The notes: generated by a model from the sequence alone, not told the origin. Shown: positions 19,055 to 28,485, counted from the stretch's first letter. The stretch: DNA of 64,000 bases from Chloroflexota bacterium (GCA_015478725.1 JADMIG010000002.1:57254-121253); one strand, 5' to 3'. Numbers and translations are program-made.

Positions 19055-19693
19055 ATGATCGCGACTGTGACCGACGCGCAGAGCCAGCCCCAAGCGGAGA
19101 GCAGCGCCGACGAACCAGGTCGGGCGTTCGCCGCCATCGCTCGAGACCAGCTCGATGGCCTCTACGGCTACTGCGTCCGGCTCACGAGCGATCGGACCGA
19201 CGCGGAGGACCTCGTCCAGGACACCCTGCTGCGGGCGATGCGGGCGTACCCGGAGCTCCGCGACCCGGCGCGCGCGAAGGGCTGGCTGTTCGCGATCGCG
19301 ACGAATGCCTGGCGGGACCTCTGCCGCGCTCGCGGCCGCACGCTTCCGACGATCTCGCTGGACAGCCGCGACCCGGATGACGACTTCTCGTTGTTCGCGA
19401 CCCTGGCCATCGAAGACCCGTTCCCCTATTCCGACGAATTGCACCTGGACTTCCTTCGCCTGTTTCGCGACGAGGATGTCCAGGATGTCTTCGCCCGGAT
19501 CAACCCGGTCTTTCGGGCGCCCCTCATCCTCACGACGATCCACGGCTTCAGCTGCAAGGAGGCGGCGGCGATCCTCGACGTGCCGCTGGGAACCGTTCTC
19601 TCCCGCCTGCATCGAGGCCGGAAGCAGCTCGAACGGGGCATGTGGGACTATGCCGTCAGGAACGGCCTCGTGGAGGTTGGTGACGAACCATGA
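19055..19693 (+). CDS. ECF RNA polymerase sigma factor (SigR/SigH-like)
   Basis: DAEDLVQDTLLRA, KGWLFAIATN and EAAAILDVPLGTVLSRLHRGR; start at 19031 or 19055 (GAGGGAG precedes 19055). Confidence 0.92.
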   Translation: MIATVTDAQSQPQAESSADEPGRAFAAIARDQLDGLYGYCVRLTSDRTDAEDLVQDTLLRAMRAYPELRDPARAKGWLFAIATNAWRDLCRARGRTLPTISLDSRDPDDDFSLFATLAIEDPFPYSDELHLDFLRLFRDEDVQDVFARINPVFRAPLILTTIHGFSCKEAAAILDVPLGTVLSRLHRGRKQLERGMWDYAVRNGLVEVGDEP

Positions 19694-19944
19694 TCGACTG
19701 CCGCGAGGCCGTCCGCCGGATGTGGGAATACCTCGACCACGCCCTGGAGCGCGGCCCGGCAGAGGAGTTCGAGACGCACCTCGAGGCCTGCCAGCGATGC
19801 TGTGGCGAGCTCGAGTTCTCGCGCCATCTCAAGGAGATGGTGGCGGCGACCGGCTCCGAGACGATGCCTGACCAGTTTCGCCGGCGGATCGAGTTGCTCC
19901 TCGAGGGCGGCAGCCTGCCGTCCCCTGGAGGGGACACGCCGTGA
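19690..19944 (+). CDS. Zinc-finger (zf-HC2/ZAS) anti-sigma factor, RsrA-like
   Basis: DCREAV...EYLD...HLEACQRCC (HxxxCxxC). Confidence 0.9.
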   Translation: MIDCREAVRRMWEYLDHALERGPAEEFETHLEACQRCCGELEFSRHLKEMVAATGSETMPDQFRRRIELLLEGGSLPSPGGDTP

Positions 19945-20795
19945 CCGACGTGCCGGTCGGCCACATCGCCGGCACGGACTTCCTTCAGCAGGACGCCATC
20001 CGCACTGCCGTCCGCGAGACGTATCGCACCGTGGGCCCGACCGACCGGCGGGTGGCGGAGCGCTTCTACCACCCGGAGCAGCTGGCAGGCCTGCCGGACG
20101 AGACGGTCCGCATGGCCCTCGGCGTGGGCGATCCGGTGGGCCGTGCCGGTCTGCGCGTCGGCGACGATGTCCTCGATCTCGGCTCGGGCGGTGGGATCGA
20201 CTGCCTCATCGCGGCGCGGTCCGTCGCGCCGGGGGGCCACGTGGTGGGCGTCGACTTTCTCGCCGAGATGATCACGCGGGCGACGTACGCGGCGACCGTC
20301 GCCGGGCTGACGAATGCCCGTTTCGTCGAAGCCGAGATCGAGGCGTTGCCGCTGCCGGACGATTCGTTCGATGTCGTGATCAGCAACGGGGTGATCAATC
20401 TCTCGCCACGCAAGGTGCGGGCGCTGTCGGAGGCGTTCCGCGTCCTGCGACCGGGTGGCCGCCTGGCGATCGTCGACCTCGTCCTGGATCACGATCTGCC
20501 GCCCGAGATCCAGACCCACCCGGCGGCCTGGGCCGGCTGCCTGTCGGGGGCCCTGTCCGAGACCGCCCTGTACAAGGGCATGCGGCGGGCGGGCTTCCGC
20601 GACGTCGGCATCGAGCCATCGAGCGACTTTGGCATCGGAGACTGCGCTCTCTACCCGCTCTTCAGCGACGAGCTCCTCGGGATGTTTCGGCGTCTCGTCC
20701 CGGCAGAGCGCCTCGGCCGGATCGCGAGGAGCGTGTATGTCGGCGCCCGCAAACCCGGCCCGCTCGAGTCGCTGCCGGGGCGCGCACGGGGCTGA
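19941..20795 (+). CDS. SAM-dependent methyltransferase, arsenite methyltransferase (ArsM)-like
   Basis: VLDLGSGGGIDC, FDVVISNGVINL, RVLRPGGR and WAGCLSGA. Confidence 0.85.
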   Translation: MTDVPVGHIAGTDFLQQDAIRTAVRETYRTVGPTDRRVAERFYHPEQLAGLPDETVRMALGVGDPVGRAGLRVGDDVLDLGSGGGIDCLIAARSVAPGGHVVGVDFLAEMITRATYAATVAGLTNARFVEAEIEALPLPDDSFDVVISNGVINLSPRKVRALSEAFRVLRPGGRLAIVDLVLDHDLPPEIQTHPAAWAGCLSGALSETALYKGMRRAGFRDVGIEPSSDFGIGDCALYPLFSDELLGMFRRLVPAERLGRIARSVYVGARKPGPLESLPGRARG

Positions 20796-20880
20796 GGCTA
20801 GCCGCTTGCGATGAGCGCCGCGCCAGAGGCTCCCGTGGTGAGAGGGGGAGGCGGACCGGCCGTTGCGGTAGCCTCATGCC

Positions 20881-21846
20881 ATGCTGAAGCCGAATCGAAC
20901 ACTGGCCATCGGACGCACAAGCGCCGAACCCGGAAGCCGGGCCACGGACCGCATTTCCATCGACCTCGGCGGGCCGGTCGTGGACGTGCCGGTGGTGCTC
21001 CTGAACGGAGCGCGGCCAGGACCGCGGCTGGGCGTCACCGCCGGGATCCACGGGGCGGAGTACGTCTCGATCGCCGCACTCCGCGAAGTCGCGATGAGCC
21101 TCGACCCCGCCGTCCTGTCCGGGTCGCTCGTCGCCGTCCTCACGGCGAACCCTGCCGCCTTCACCGCACGCTCGATCTACGTCAACCCGATCGACGGCCG
21201 GAACCTCAATCGCGTCTTCCCGGGTGACCCGGCAGGAACGCCGAGCGAGCAGTTGGCCGCCTGGATCTTCGACAACGTGATCCGACCCGCGGACGCGTTC
21301 GTCGACATGCATTGCGGGGACATGAACGAGGCGCTCGCGTCCTTCACGGGTATCGAGGAGACCGGCGATCCGGCGGTGGACGCACGATCGCTTGCGATGG
21401 CCGAGGCCTACGGGCTGGGGACCGTCCTCGTCGGCCCGACGCCCGGATCCACGACCACGGCAGCCGCAGCGTCGGGGATCCCCGCCGTCCTCGGAGAGGT
21501 GGGCGGCCAGGGCCGTTGGCCGGCCGAGGACGTGGCCCTCCACGCGGCGGGATTGCGCCGCGTCCTGCGCTCGCTCGGGATGGTGGACACCGCGCCGGAC
21601 GAGCCACGGCGGCCGACCCTCCGGCTCGACCACGAGGCATGGCTGCGGAGCGAGGCCGACGGGTGCTGGGAGCCGGCGGTCGCCGTCGGCGATCGCGTGA
21701 GCGTCGGCCAGGAGGTCGGCATGGTCCGCGACGTCTTCGGTGCGCCGCTCCAGGTCGTCCGCGCGCCGCTCGAGGGGGTCGTCCTTTTCCTCGTGACCTC
21801 GCTCGCGATGAATGTCGGAGACCCGCTCCTTGCGATCGCCGGCTGA
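20881..21846 (+). CDS. Succinylglutamate desuccinylase/aspartoacylase (M14) family protein
   Basis: AGIHGAEY, NLNRVFPG and DMHCG, with a C-terminal biotinyl-like segment. Confidence 0.88.
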   Translation: MLKPNRTLAIGRTSAEPGSRATDRISIDLGGPVVDVPVVLLNGARPGPRLGVTAGIHGAEYVSIAALREVAMSLDPAVLSGSLVAVLTANPAAFTARSIYVNPIDGRNLNRVFPGDPAGTPSEQLAAWIFDNVIRPADAFVDMHCGDMNEALASFTGIEETGDPAVDARSLAMAEAYGLGTVLVGPTPGSTTTAAAASGIPAVLGEVGGQGRWPAEDVALHAAGLRRVLRSLGMVDTAPDEPRRPTLRLDHEAWLRSEADGCWEPAVAVGDRVSVGQEVGMVRDVFGAPLQVVRAPLEGVVLFLVTSLAMNVGDPLLAIAG

Positions 21847-21900
21847 CCGACCCGAAGTCGTCGGACGAATCCATGCGGCCGGGTGGGCCGGGCAGGCGGC

Positions 21901-21972
21901 GCCGACCGGCGGCAGCGGCGACGGTCGCTGAGCGCCGCCGACCGGCGGCAGCGGCGACGGTCGCTGAGCGCC
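21901..21972. repeat. Perfect 2 x 36-bp tandem repeat with internal palindrome, between convergent genes
   Basis: GCCGACCGGCGGCAGCGGCGACGGTCGCTGAGCGCC x2; each unit contains CAGCG...CGCTG. Confidence 0.9.
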
Positions 21973-22001
21973 GCCGCCGCCGGGCCGATCCCAGAGACCA
22001 A

Positions 22002-22562
22002 CTAGAACGGCAGGCCGCGGCACGACACCCGCGGATTCCAGTCGGAGAAGAGACCCGCGGGGTTGTTCGACCAGAGCCACAGGTGGAGCTCGTAGAAGTC
22101 CGGCAGGTCGTAAGGGTTCGGCGCCGTGACGAGGGCCAGCCGCTTGTCGAAGAGGCGCGGCGGGCTGCTGCCGTTCGCCGCGTGCCAGGCGTCCTTGAGG
22201 ACGATGTACTCGATCGCGACGAGTCGATAGCTGCCATCGCCCCGCGGCTCGTAGACGAGTCCTTCTGGCCGGAGGGGGTTGAGCGCCGGGTCACCGACCA
22301 GGGCGCCCTTGACGTAGTGCTGGCCCATGCCGCCGACGCCGGGCTTCTGGGCGCAGCCCTTGACCGGCCCGTAGCCGGCCGCGATCGCGACGTCGAGATT
22401 GTGGAACGGCGCGGTTGCCGCCCGGACGTCGCCGAGGTTACGACCTTCATCGTTGTTCGCGGCGGAGTTGTTCGCGGCGGAGGCGACCGCCGTGCCGAGC
22501 ACGGCGACGATCGACACGAGCGCGATCGACGCGGAGATCCGCACCTTCGTGTTGCGCATCAC
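22002..22562 (-). CDS. Secreted hypothetical protein (GGMGxHY / LHLW / DWNP family)
   Basis: N-terminal signal peptide; AIAAGY, GGMGQHY, PEGLVYEP and YELHLWLWSNNPAGLFSDWNP. Confidence 0.8.
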   Translation of the reverse strand: MMRNTKVRISASIALVSIVAVLGTAVASAANNSAANNDEGRNLGDVRAATAPFHNLDVAIAAGYGPVKGCAQKPGVGGMGQHYVKGALVGDPALNPLRPEGLVYEPRGDGSYRLVAIEYIVLKDAWHAANGSSPPRLFDKRLALVTAPNPYDLPDFYELHLWLWSNNPAGLFSDWNPRVSCRGLPF

Positions 22563-22810
22563 GCCACCTCCGTCGTCAGTTCATAGACCTCGGCGGTCGG
22601 GTGTCCCGCCCGCTCGTGGATCCGCATGACTGATTCTCTCGATGGCCCGTGCGACAGGCAGAAGACCTTGCCCGACTCCGCGTCGAGCCAGGCGCGCTCG
22701 AAATGGACGCTCTCGTCCCGCTCGATCGCGAGATCTCGCTCGTGGGCTTCCCTGAGTTGCTGCGCTGTGACGCCGACGAACCCGCTGTGGACATCCATGA
22801 ATGTCGCCAT
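22559..22810 (-). CDS. DUF4242 / SCO4226-family nickel-binding protein
   Basis: FMDVH, AHERDL, GKVFCLS and RIHERAGHP; GGAGG RBS. Confidence 0.88.
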   Translation of the reverse strand: MATFMDVHSGFVGVTAQQLREAHERDLAIERDESVHFERAWLDAESGKVFCLSHGPSRESVMRIHERAGHPTAEVYELTTEVA

Positions 22811-22884
22811 CGACGAACCTCCGTCTATCAGCCCGGCCATGTGCCGGTGTTCGATGGAGCGAGGTTCGCGGGGAATGCATGGCG

Positions 22885-22910
22885 GGTCATCGGTCGAATG
22901 ACCGATGACC
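22885..22910. promoter_or_regulatory. Perfect 11-bp inverted repeat, probable LuxR-type operator
   Basis: GGTCATCGGTC-GAAT-GACCGATGACC in the divergent intergenic region. Confidence 0.7.
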
Positions 22911-22941
22911 TCCCGCGTGCGGGGCCTACACTTCGGCGGCG

Positions 22942-25830
22942 ATGCACGCCGCCCTGAGGGCCGTTCGGTGCCCGCTCCTGATCGGTCGTGACGACTTGCT
23001 CGTCCTCGCGGATCGGCGTCTCGACGACGTCACCGCCGGGCGGGGCCAGTTTCTTCTGCTCGCCGGCGAGGCAGGGATCGGCAAGACCCGGCTGCTTGCG
23101 GCCATCCGACGCAGGGCGGAAGCCCGCGGATTCGTCGCTGTCGCGGGGTCGGTCGCCCCGCAGGACCGCGACGTGCCGGCATCGTCGATCCTGGACCTCG
23201 CTCGCAGCATGACCCGGCTCGCGCCGTTCGCCGAACTCGGTCGGCGGCTGCTCGATCTGCGCGACACAACCATGACGGCGGAGCACGTGCAGCGTCGACG
23301 GCTGGTGATGGACATCGTCGAACGGATCCTCGACACATTGCCGGGCCCGACGATGCTCTCGTTCGAGGATCTGCAATGGGCGGACGATGTCAGCCTCGAG
23401 ATCATCGCGGAGCTGGCGCGACGGTCACGTGACCGCACGCTCCTCCTGACCGGCGACTACCGGACAGAGGATGTGGCGTCCGGCGCGGGCCTTCGGGACT
23501 GGCGAGCACGGCTCATCACCCAGCGGATTGCGGAAGAGGTCCGGCTCGTCCCGCTGACCGAGGCGGAGACCGCCCTGGCCACGACCCTGATCCTCGACAC
23601 CGGACTCCCCGCGCCACGAGAGGTGTCGGCCGCCGTGTTCGAGCGGACGGATGGCATCCCGCTCCATATCGAGGAACTCCTCGGCGCGTTGAGCGCCGAG
23701 GACCGAGCGGATGGGACCGCGATCAGGGAGGCCACGGTCCCCGACACGATCGAGGACGCCGTGATCGCCCGGATCGCCCACCGCTCGCCCGAGGCGCGGG
23801 CGGCCGCCCGCGCGGGGGCCGTCATCGGTCGCTGTTTCGTCCCGGAGGTCCTGGCTGGAATCATGGACTTGCCGCCGGACGCCCTCGAAACGCCGCTCCA
23901 GGAGCTTGTCGACCATTTCATCCTCGATCCTCCCGGGCCGCGCGGTTTGTACGACTTTCGGCACCAGCTGCTGCGCGATGCGCTCTACCGCACGATCCCG
24001 GCCTCGGAGCGGCGCCGGTTCCACGCTCGCGCCGGGGAGTTCGGGGCTCACCTGGAGGGAGCATCGGAGATCCACGCATCTGTCCACTACGAGCGCGCCG
24101 GGCTCCGCCGCCAGGCATTCGAGGCCGCGCTGGCGGGTGCCCACGAGGCGACGCGGCTGTCGGCACACCGAGAGGCATTCGGGCTCTATCGACGCGCCGT
24201 CGACAACATGCCGGACGACCTCGACCACTCGGATCGCGGCGCGCTGCTCGAGGCATATTCGCGCGAAGCGGCGACGATCGAGCAGAACGGGATAGCCGAA
24301 CAGGCGAGCCGGCACGCGCGAGCCGCCTACCTCGCGGCCGATCGGCCGGCGAAGGCCGCCGAGATGCTCATCGGGGTGCTCGGCATCTGGCGCCGCGAGG
24401 CCCGATCGATCGCCGAGCGGTCCCGCCTTGCCGCCACGTCGTTCGACGAACTCGAGGTCCTGCCTGACAGCAGCGAGCGGGAGGTCGCCCGCGGTGCGCT
24501 GTTCGACGAATGGACGCGGATCCACCTGGACACGATCTCGGTCGACGCGGCCCGCTCGACGATCGCGAGGATGCGCGGGACCGCGACGTCTCTTGGGGAC
24601 GCGGTCGCCGCGATCCAGGCGGATGCCTTCGCGGCGACCGTCGACGTGCTCGAGGGCCGGGTGGCGATGGGTCTCGACGGGATCGCGTCCGCCGCCCACG
24701 AGGCACAGCGCGCTGGCTTCGAGGAGTCCGGTGTGACCGCCTTCCGCGACGCCGCCACGATGGCCGTCCGGACGATGGACTACGCGCGGGCGGACCGCTT
24801 CCTCAGCGAGGGGTTGCGCTACGCGGACGCGATCGAGCAGTCGCACTGTCGTCACGTGATGGGCGCGACGTCCGCGCTCGTCGCGTGGGCCGGGGCGGAC
24901 TGGGACGATGCGGCCGCGACGGGCCGCCAGACGATGGCGGACCACGGCTGCCGGCGCGCGGTGTCGATGGCTCGCTGGGCGGTCGGATACGTGGCCCTTG
25001 GTCGAGGGGATCTCCGAACTGCGGACGCGGAGTTGGCGTCTGCACTGTCGGTCGGGGAGGAGAGTGGCGCGATCGACCTCATCCTCCCGCCGCTCTGGGG
25101 GCTGGCCGAGGCCGCGCTCCTCGCCGACCGTCCCGACGGGGCGGCCGAGCGGTGCCACGACGCCCTCGAGCGGGCACGTGCGGTCGGCGAGCGGGCCCTG
25201 CTGACCCCATTCGTCGTCACCGGCGTCCGCGCCGAGCAGGCGGCCGGGCGACCCGAGGGGGCGCAGGCTTGGCTTGCGGCCTGTGCCGAGCACGTCTCGG
25301 CGCTGCCGGCCATCGCCCGGCCGGCGCTCGATCACGGCCACGGCCTGGTCGCCCTCGCCGCGGGTGCGACCGGCGTGGCGCGCCAGGCGTTGGAGGCTGC
25401 GCTCGCTGGATGGGACGAGCGGGGACGGATCTGGGAGGCCACCTGGGCGCGCCTCGACCTCGCGAACTGCCTCACCCGCTCAAACCGGTTCGCCGAAGCG
25501 GTCGTGCTGGCCGCCGAAGCTCGCGCGGTCGCCTCCAGACTGGACAGTCGGCCGCTCGCGGATCGGGCGGATGCCCTGCAGCGGATGGCCCGCGGTCATG
25601 TGGCGACGGACGAGCCGTGGCGCCCTTTGACGACCCGCGAGTTCGCGGTGGCGAGGCTGATCAGGGAGGGAATGACGAACGCCGAGATCGCCACGGAACT
25701 GGCGATCGCTTCGAAGACGGCGAGCAGTCATGTGGAACACATCCTCGCCAAGCTCGGCGCGTCACGCCGGACCGAGATTGCCGCCTGGGCGAGTGCCGTG
25801 GAGCGCGCGCCGGATCGCCGCTCGCCGTGA
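22942..25830 (+). CDS. Large ATP-binding LuxR-family (LAL/STAND) transcriptional regulator
   Basis: GEAGIGKT Walker A, EDLQWAD, TDGIPL, FRHQLLRD and a C-terminal LuxR HTH (LTTREFAVARLIREGMTNAEIA...HVEHILAKLG). Confidence 0.93.
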   Translation: MHAALRAVRCPLLIGRDDLLVLADRRLDDVTAGRGQFLLLAGEAGIGKTRLLAAIRRRAEARGFVAVAGSVAPQDRDVPASSILDLARSMTRLAPFAELGRRLLDLRDTTMTAEHVQRRRLVMDIVERILDTLPGPTMLSFEDLQWADDVSLEIIAELARRSRDRTLLLTGDYRTEDVASGAGLRDWRARLITQRIAEEVRLVPLTEAETALATTLILDTGLPAPREVSAAVFERTDGIPLHIEELLGALSAEDRADGTAIREATVPDTIEDAVIARIAHRSPEARAAARAGAVIGRCFVPEVLAGIMDLPPDALETPLQELVDHFILDPPGPRGLYDFRHQLLRDALYRTIPASERRRFHARAGEFGAHLEGASEIHASVHYERAGLRRQAFEAALAGAHEATRLSAHREAFGLYRRAVDNMPDDLDHSDRGALLEAYSREAATIEQNGIAEQASRHARAAYLAADRPAKAAEMLIGVLGIWRREARSIAERSRLAATSFDELEVLPDSSEREVARGALFDEWTRIHLDTISVDAARSTIARMRGTATSLGDAVAAIQADAFAATVDVLEGRVAMGLDGIASAAHEAQRAGFEESGVTAFRDAATMAVRTMDYARADRFLSEGLRYADAIEQSHCRHVMGATSALVAWAGADWDDAAATGRQTMADHGCRRAVSMARWAVGYVALGRGDLRTADAELASALSVGEESGAIDLILPPLWGLAEAALLADRPDGAAERCHDALERARAVGERALLTPFVVTGVRAEQAAGRPEGAQAWLAACAEHVSALPAIARPALDHGHGLVALAAGATGVARQALEAALAGWDERGRIWEATWARLDLANCLTRSNRFAEAVVLAAEARAVASRLDSRPLADRADALQRMARGHVATDEPWRPLTTREFAVARLIREGMTNAEIATELAIASKTASSHVEHILAKLGASRRTEIAAWASAVERAPDRRSP

Positions 25831-26079
25831 TCGCCGGACACGTCGTTGACGAGGATGCCCATCGGATCGAGCCCTCCGTCCCAGGGTTCCGGCAGATGGC
25901 CATGAGGCGGGCACTGGTCTGCAGGTCGGTGACAGGCGGCCCTCACCCGGGCATCTGGCAGGATCGACGTGCCGACCCGGCCCGCTCCACGCTCAGGTCT
26001 ACGAGCGCCCCGTGGAGAGTCGGTGACCAACGCCCGCCTGGGGGTCATCTGGCACGAACGGCATGCCGCGCCGTACCCC
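25827..26079 (-). repeat. Copy B of the ~255-bp diverged repeat (see 11080-11337)
   Basis: Reverse complement aligns co-linearly with copy A. Confidence 0.9.
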
Positions 26080-26100
26080 GTCCGATGGAACCGGAGCCGG

Positions 26101-26295
26101 CAGAAGGCCAAAGTGACCGACGTCGTCGGGCTGTATCTCAACCCGCCCGAGCGGGCGATCGTTCTGTCGGTCGACGAGAAGACCCAGTTTCACTTCACCC
26201 CGACCTCGGCGTCGTGGATGAACCAGATCGAGACGTGGTTCGGCATCCTCTCTCGCCAGGCCATCCGGCGCGGCAGCTTCGAGAGCGTCCGGGCC
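26101..26295 (+). mobile_element. IS630-family transposase remnant with internal deletion
   Basis: KVTDVVGLYLNPPERAIVLSVDEKTQ is joined directly to FHFTPTSASWMNQIETWFGILSRQAIRRGSF. Confidence 0.85.
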
Positions 26296-26405
26296 GTCAG
26301 CGCCGTCCGCAAGACGCAAGCCGATTCCGGCGCGCGACACCAGAAGCCAGGCCGGACTGCTCAGCCCGTCCCGCCTGGGGCGGGGGCGAGTGGCGAGTTC
26401 AGTCC

Positions 26406-26882
26406 TCAGCTCACCGCTTTCTTCACGAGCGCGCCGATCCTTGCCTCGTCGGCGGCGGTCAACTCCGTCAGAGCGAAGGAGGTCGGCCACATGGCGCCTT
26501 CGTCGAGGTTCGCCTTGTCGCTGAAGCCGAACGTCGCGTACCTCGCCTTGAACTTGTGCGCGCTTTGGAAGAAGCAGACGACATTGCCGTCCTTGGCATA
26601 CGCGGGCATGCCGTACCAGGTTCTCGGCGAGAGGGCTGGCGCGCTGGCTTTGATGATGGCATGGAGCCGCTCGGCCATGGCGCGATCCGATTCCGGCATC
26701 TCGGCGATCTTCGCGAGCACGTCGCGTTCCCCGTCCGCTCTGTCCGCGCGCGGGCCGCGGCGCGAAGCCGCCTTCAGCTCCTGGGCGCGCTCCTGCATCG
26801 CGGCTCGTTCCTCGTCGGTGAATCCCGCGGACGCCTTGTTTGTCGCGGTGGTGCTCCTGGTGGACTTCTGCGTGTCCTTCAT
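26406..26882 (-). CDS. DUF1801-like (YdhG-like) protein
   Basis: [20 protein letters not shown] and [22 protein letters not shown]. Confidence 0.85.
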   Translation of the reverse strand: MKDTQKSTRSTTATNKASAGFTDEERAAMQERAQELKAASRRGPRADRADGERDVLAKIAEMPESDRAMAERLHAIIKASAPALSPRTWYGMPAYAKDGNVVCFFQSAHKFKARYATFGFSDKANLDEGAMWPTSFALTELTAADEARIGALVKKAVS

Positions 26883-26981
26883 TGCAGGTTTCCTCCTCTG
26901 CTAGGTTCGATCGGGACGACCCTCAGGTGAGCCGACGCTCGGTGTCGCGACGACGCTGAGCGCGGGAGCGGAGGTCGGCAC

Positions 26982-27338
26982 TCATCGGTCCTGAAGCAGC
27001 CCGAGGACGTTGCCATCGGGGTCGGTGACGGTGGCCACCAGGCGGCCCCAAGCGACGTCGTGCGCGGGCTCCTTCACGGTGGCACCGGCGGCGGTCACCT
27101 CGGCCAGCTTCGCCTCGATGTCCGGCACGTGCCAGTAGGCCACCGGTGAGGTCATGCCCTGCGGTCCGCCGCCCGGCACCAACCCGATGTGCTGGCCCGC
27201 GGCCTCGAAGCCGACGTAGTAGGACTCGTCGGTCTGCGGCGGTACGCCGAGCAGGGCGGCGTACACCGCCTTGGCCGTCGCCAGGTCGGACACGGGATGC
27301 AGCACGGTCTTGATTCCCTGGGTGGAAGAGCCGGTCAT
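26982..27338 (-). CDS. VOC/glyoxalase family protein
   Basis: PVSDLATAKAVY, YWHVPDIEA and VTDPDGNVLGL; start uncertain (27338 or 27371). Confidence 0.88.
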   Translation of the reverse strand: MTGSSTQGIKTVLHPVSDLATAKAVYAALLGVPPQTDESYYVGFEAAGQHIGLVPGGGPQGMTSPVAYWHVPDIEAKLAEVTAAGATVKEPAHDVAWGRLVATVTDPDGNVLGLLQDR

Positions 27339-27469
27339 GGTCACTCCTGAAGTCGTGGTGGTGATGTCCATGGCGGTCACTCTAGGTGACCTCGGTGACC
27401 GGCGCTTCTCGATTCCTGACCGGTCTGGTCACCTGTTTCGCCACCGCACCGCCTACGGCGGACGCGACG

Positions 27470-27855
27470 TGTCTCGGAGCTGACGATCCGGGCGCAGTCC
27501 AGGAAGAGACGCCGGCGGCGCTGCGAGGGCTCGTGGAGCAGGCTGGCGCAGACCTGCGGACGCGGCCAGCACCCACGGACTGGGCCATCGTCGAGCTCGT
27601 GGGTCATATCACCGACGCCGAGCTCGTCTCGAGCGGGCGGACCCGGAGGGCCTCCTCGCGCTCTTCGTGGCGCTCTGGGCCGCAAACCTCGCTCTGTGGC
27701 GTGGGACGCTCGCGGCGGATCGACCACGGTATGGGGTCCACGCGGAGCGCGGCGCGGAGAGCTACGAGTTGACGTTCCGGCTCATCGCCGGTCACGACCG
27801 GTTCCATCTGGCACAGGCTCGTCGCGCCCTCGCCCGGATCCGACCCACGTCCTGA
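27470..27855 (+). pseudogene. DinB-family gene remnant (deleted and frameshifted)
   Basis: RPAPTDWAIVELVGHITDAEL in one frame and GVHAERGAESYELTFRLIAGHDRFHLAQ in another. Confidence 0.7.
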
Positions 27856-27969
27856 CGGGATACCGGATGGCGGGCGCACGTCGTCACGGGACCAGGAACC
27901 TGCATTCGTGACGGCGGTCGGTTGATCACGGGCACCAGACGAGACGCCCGATGGCAACGGAGACGCAGC

Positions 27970-28485
27970 CTACCGGTCGCGGCGTCCTTCAAGCTCCATC
28001 TGCTCGAGCGCAACGACGATCGCCACCGCCAGGGCCGCGTCAAAGCCAGAGGCAACCTGCACGCCGTAGCTGTCGCGCAGGCTGATCAGGCGGCGCGAAG
28101 CGACGATCACTTCGCTATCTCCGCTGCCCGCACGTATGACGTGGAACTCGCGGTCGATCCAGTCGCCCTTGACCGCGAGCTCGTCGCCGGCAACGAGTCG
28201 GACGGTGAAATGGTCCCCGATGACGTTGAATAGTGCCTCCTCGATGGTGGCCACGAGGTCACCGCCGCGCTTGATCTCGAAGGTCCTGTGCAGGTGCGCC
28301 AGCGATTGACCGATCGTGTAGAGCGTCTCGCCCGCTGGGTCCCGGAGTTCGAGGCTCCGGCGGAGGCTGAACGCCTTGCCGTCGACTTCGAAGACGCGAT
28401 CGCCCGTGTCATCCTCGATCCAGAGGTCGCCGCCGATCGACAGCAGCTTCTGGTTCAGGACATAGGTCTGACCGTCCGGTGCCAT
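27970..28485 (-). CDS. LURP-one-related / scramblase (Tubby-C-like) protein
   Basis: QKLLSIGGDLWIED, VDGKAF, GDWIDREF and RDSYGV. Confidence 0.85.
   Translation of the reverse strand: MAPDGQTYVLNQKLLSIGGDLWIEDDTGDRVFEVDGKAFSLRRSLELRDPAGETLYTIGQSLAHLHRTFEIKRGGDLVATIEEALFNVIGDHFTVRLVAGDELAVKGDWIDREFHVIRAGSGDSEVIVASRRLISLRDSYGVQVASGFDAALAVAIVVALEQMELEGRRDR

Noticed and set aside
19941..20795. Possible selenocysteine in the ArsM-like or OsmC proteins
   Set aside because: The relevant positions are ordinary TGC codons and the frames are uninterrupted
21901..21972. 36-bp repeat as a CRISPR array
   Set aside because: The copies abut with no spacer, only two are present, and there are no cas genes in the window
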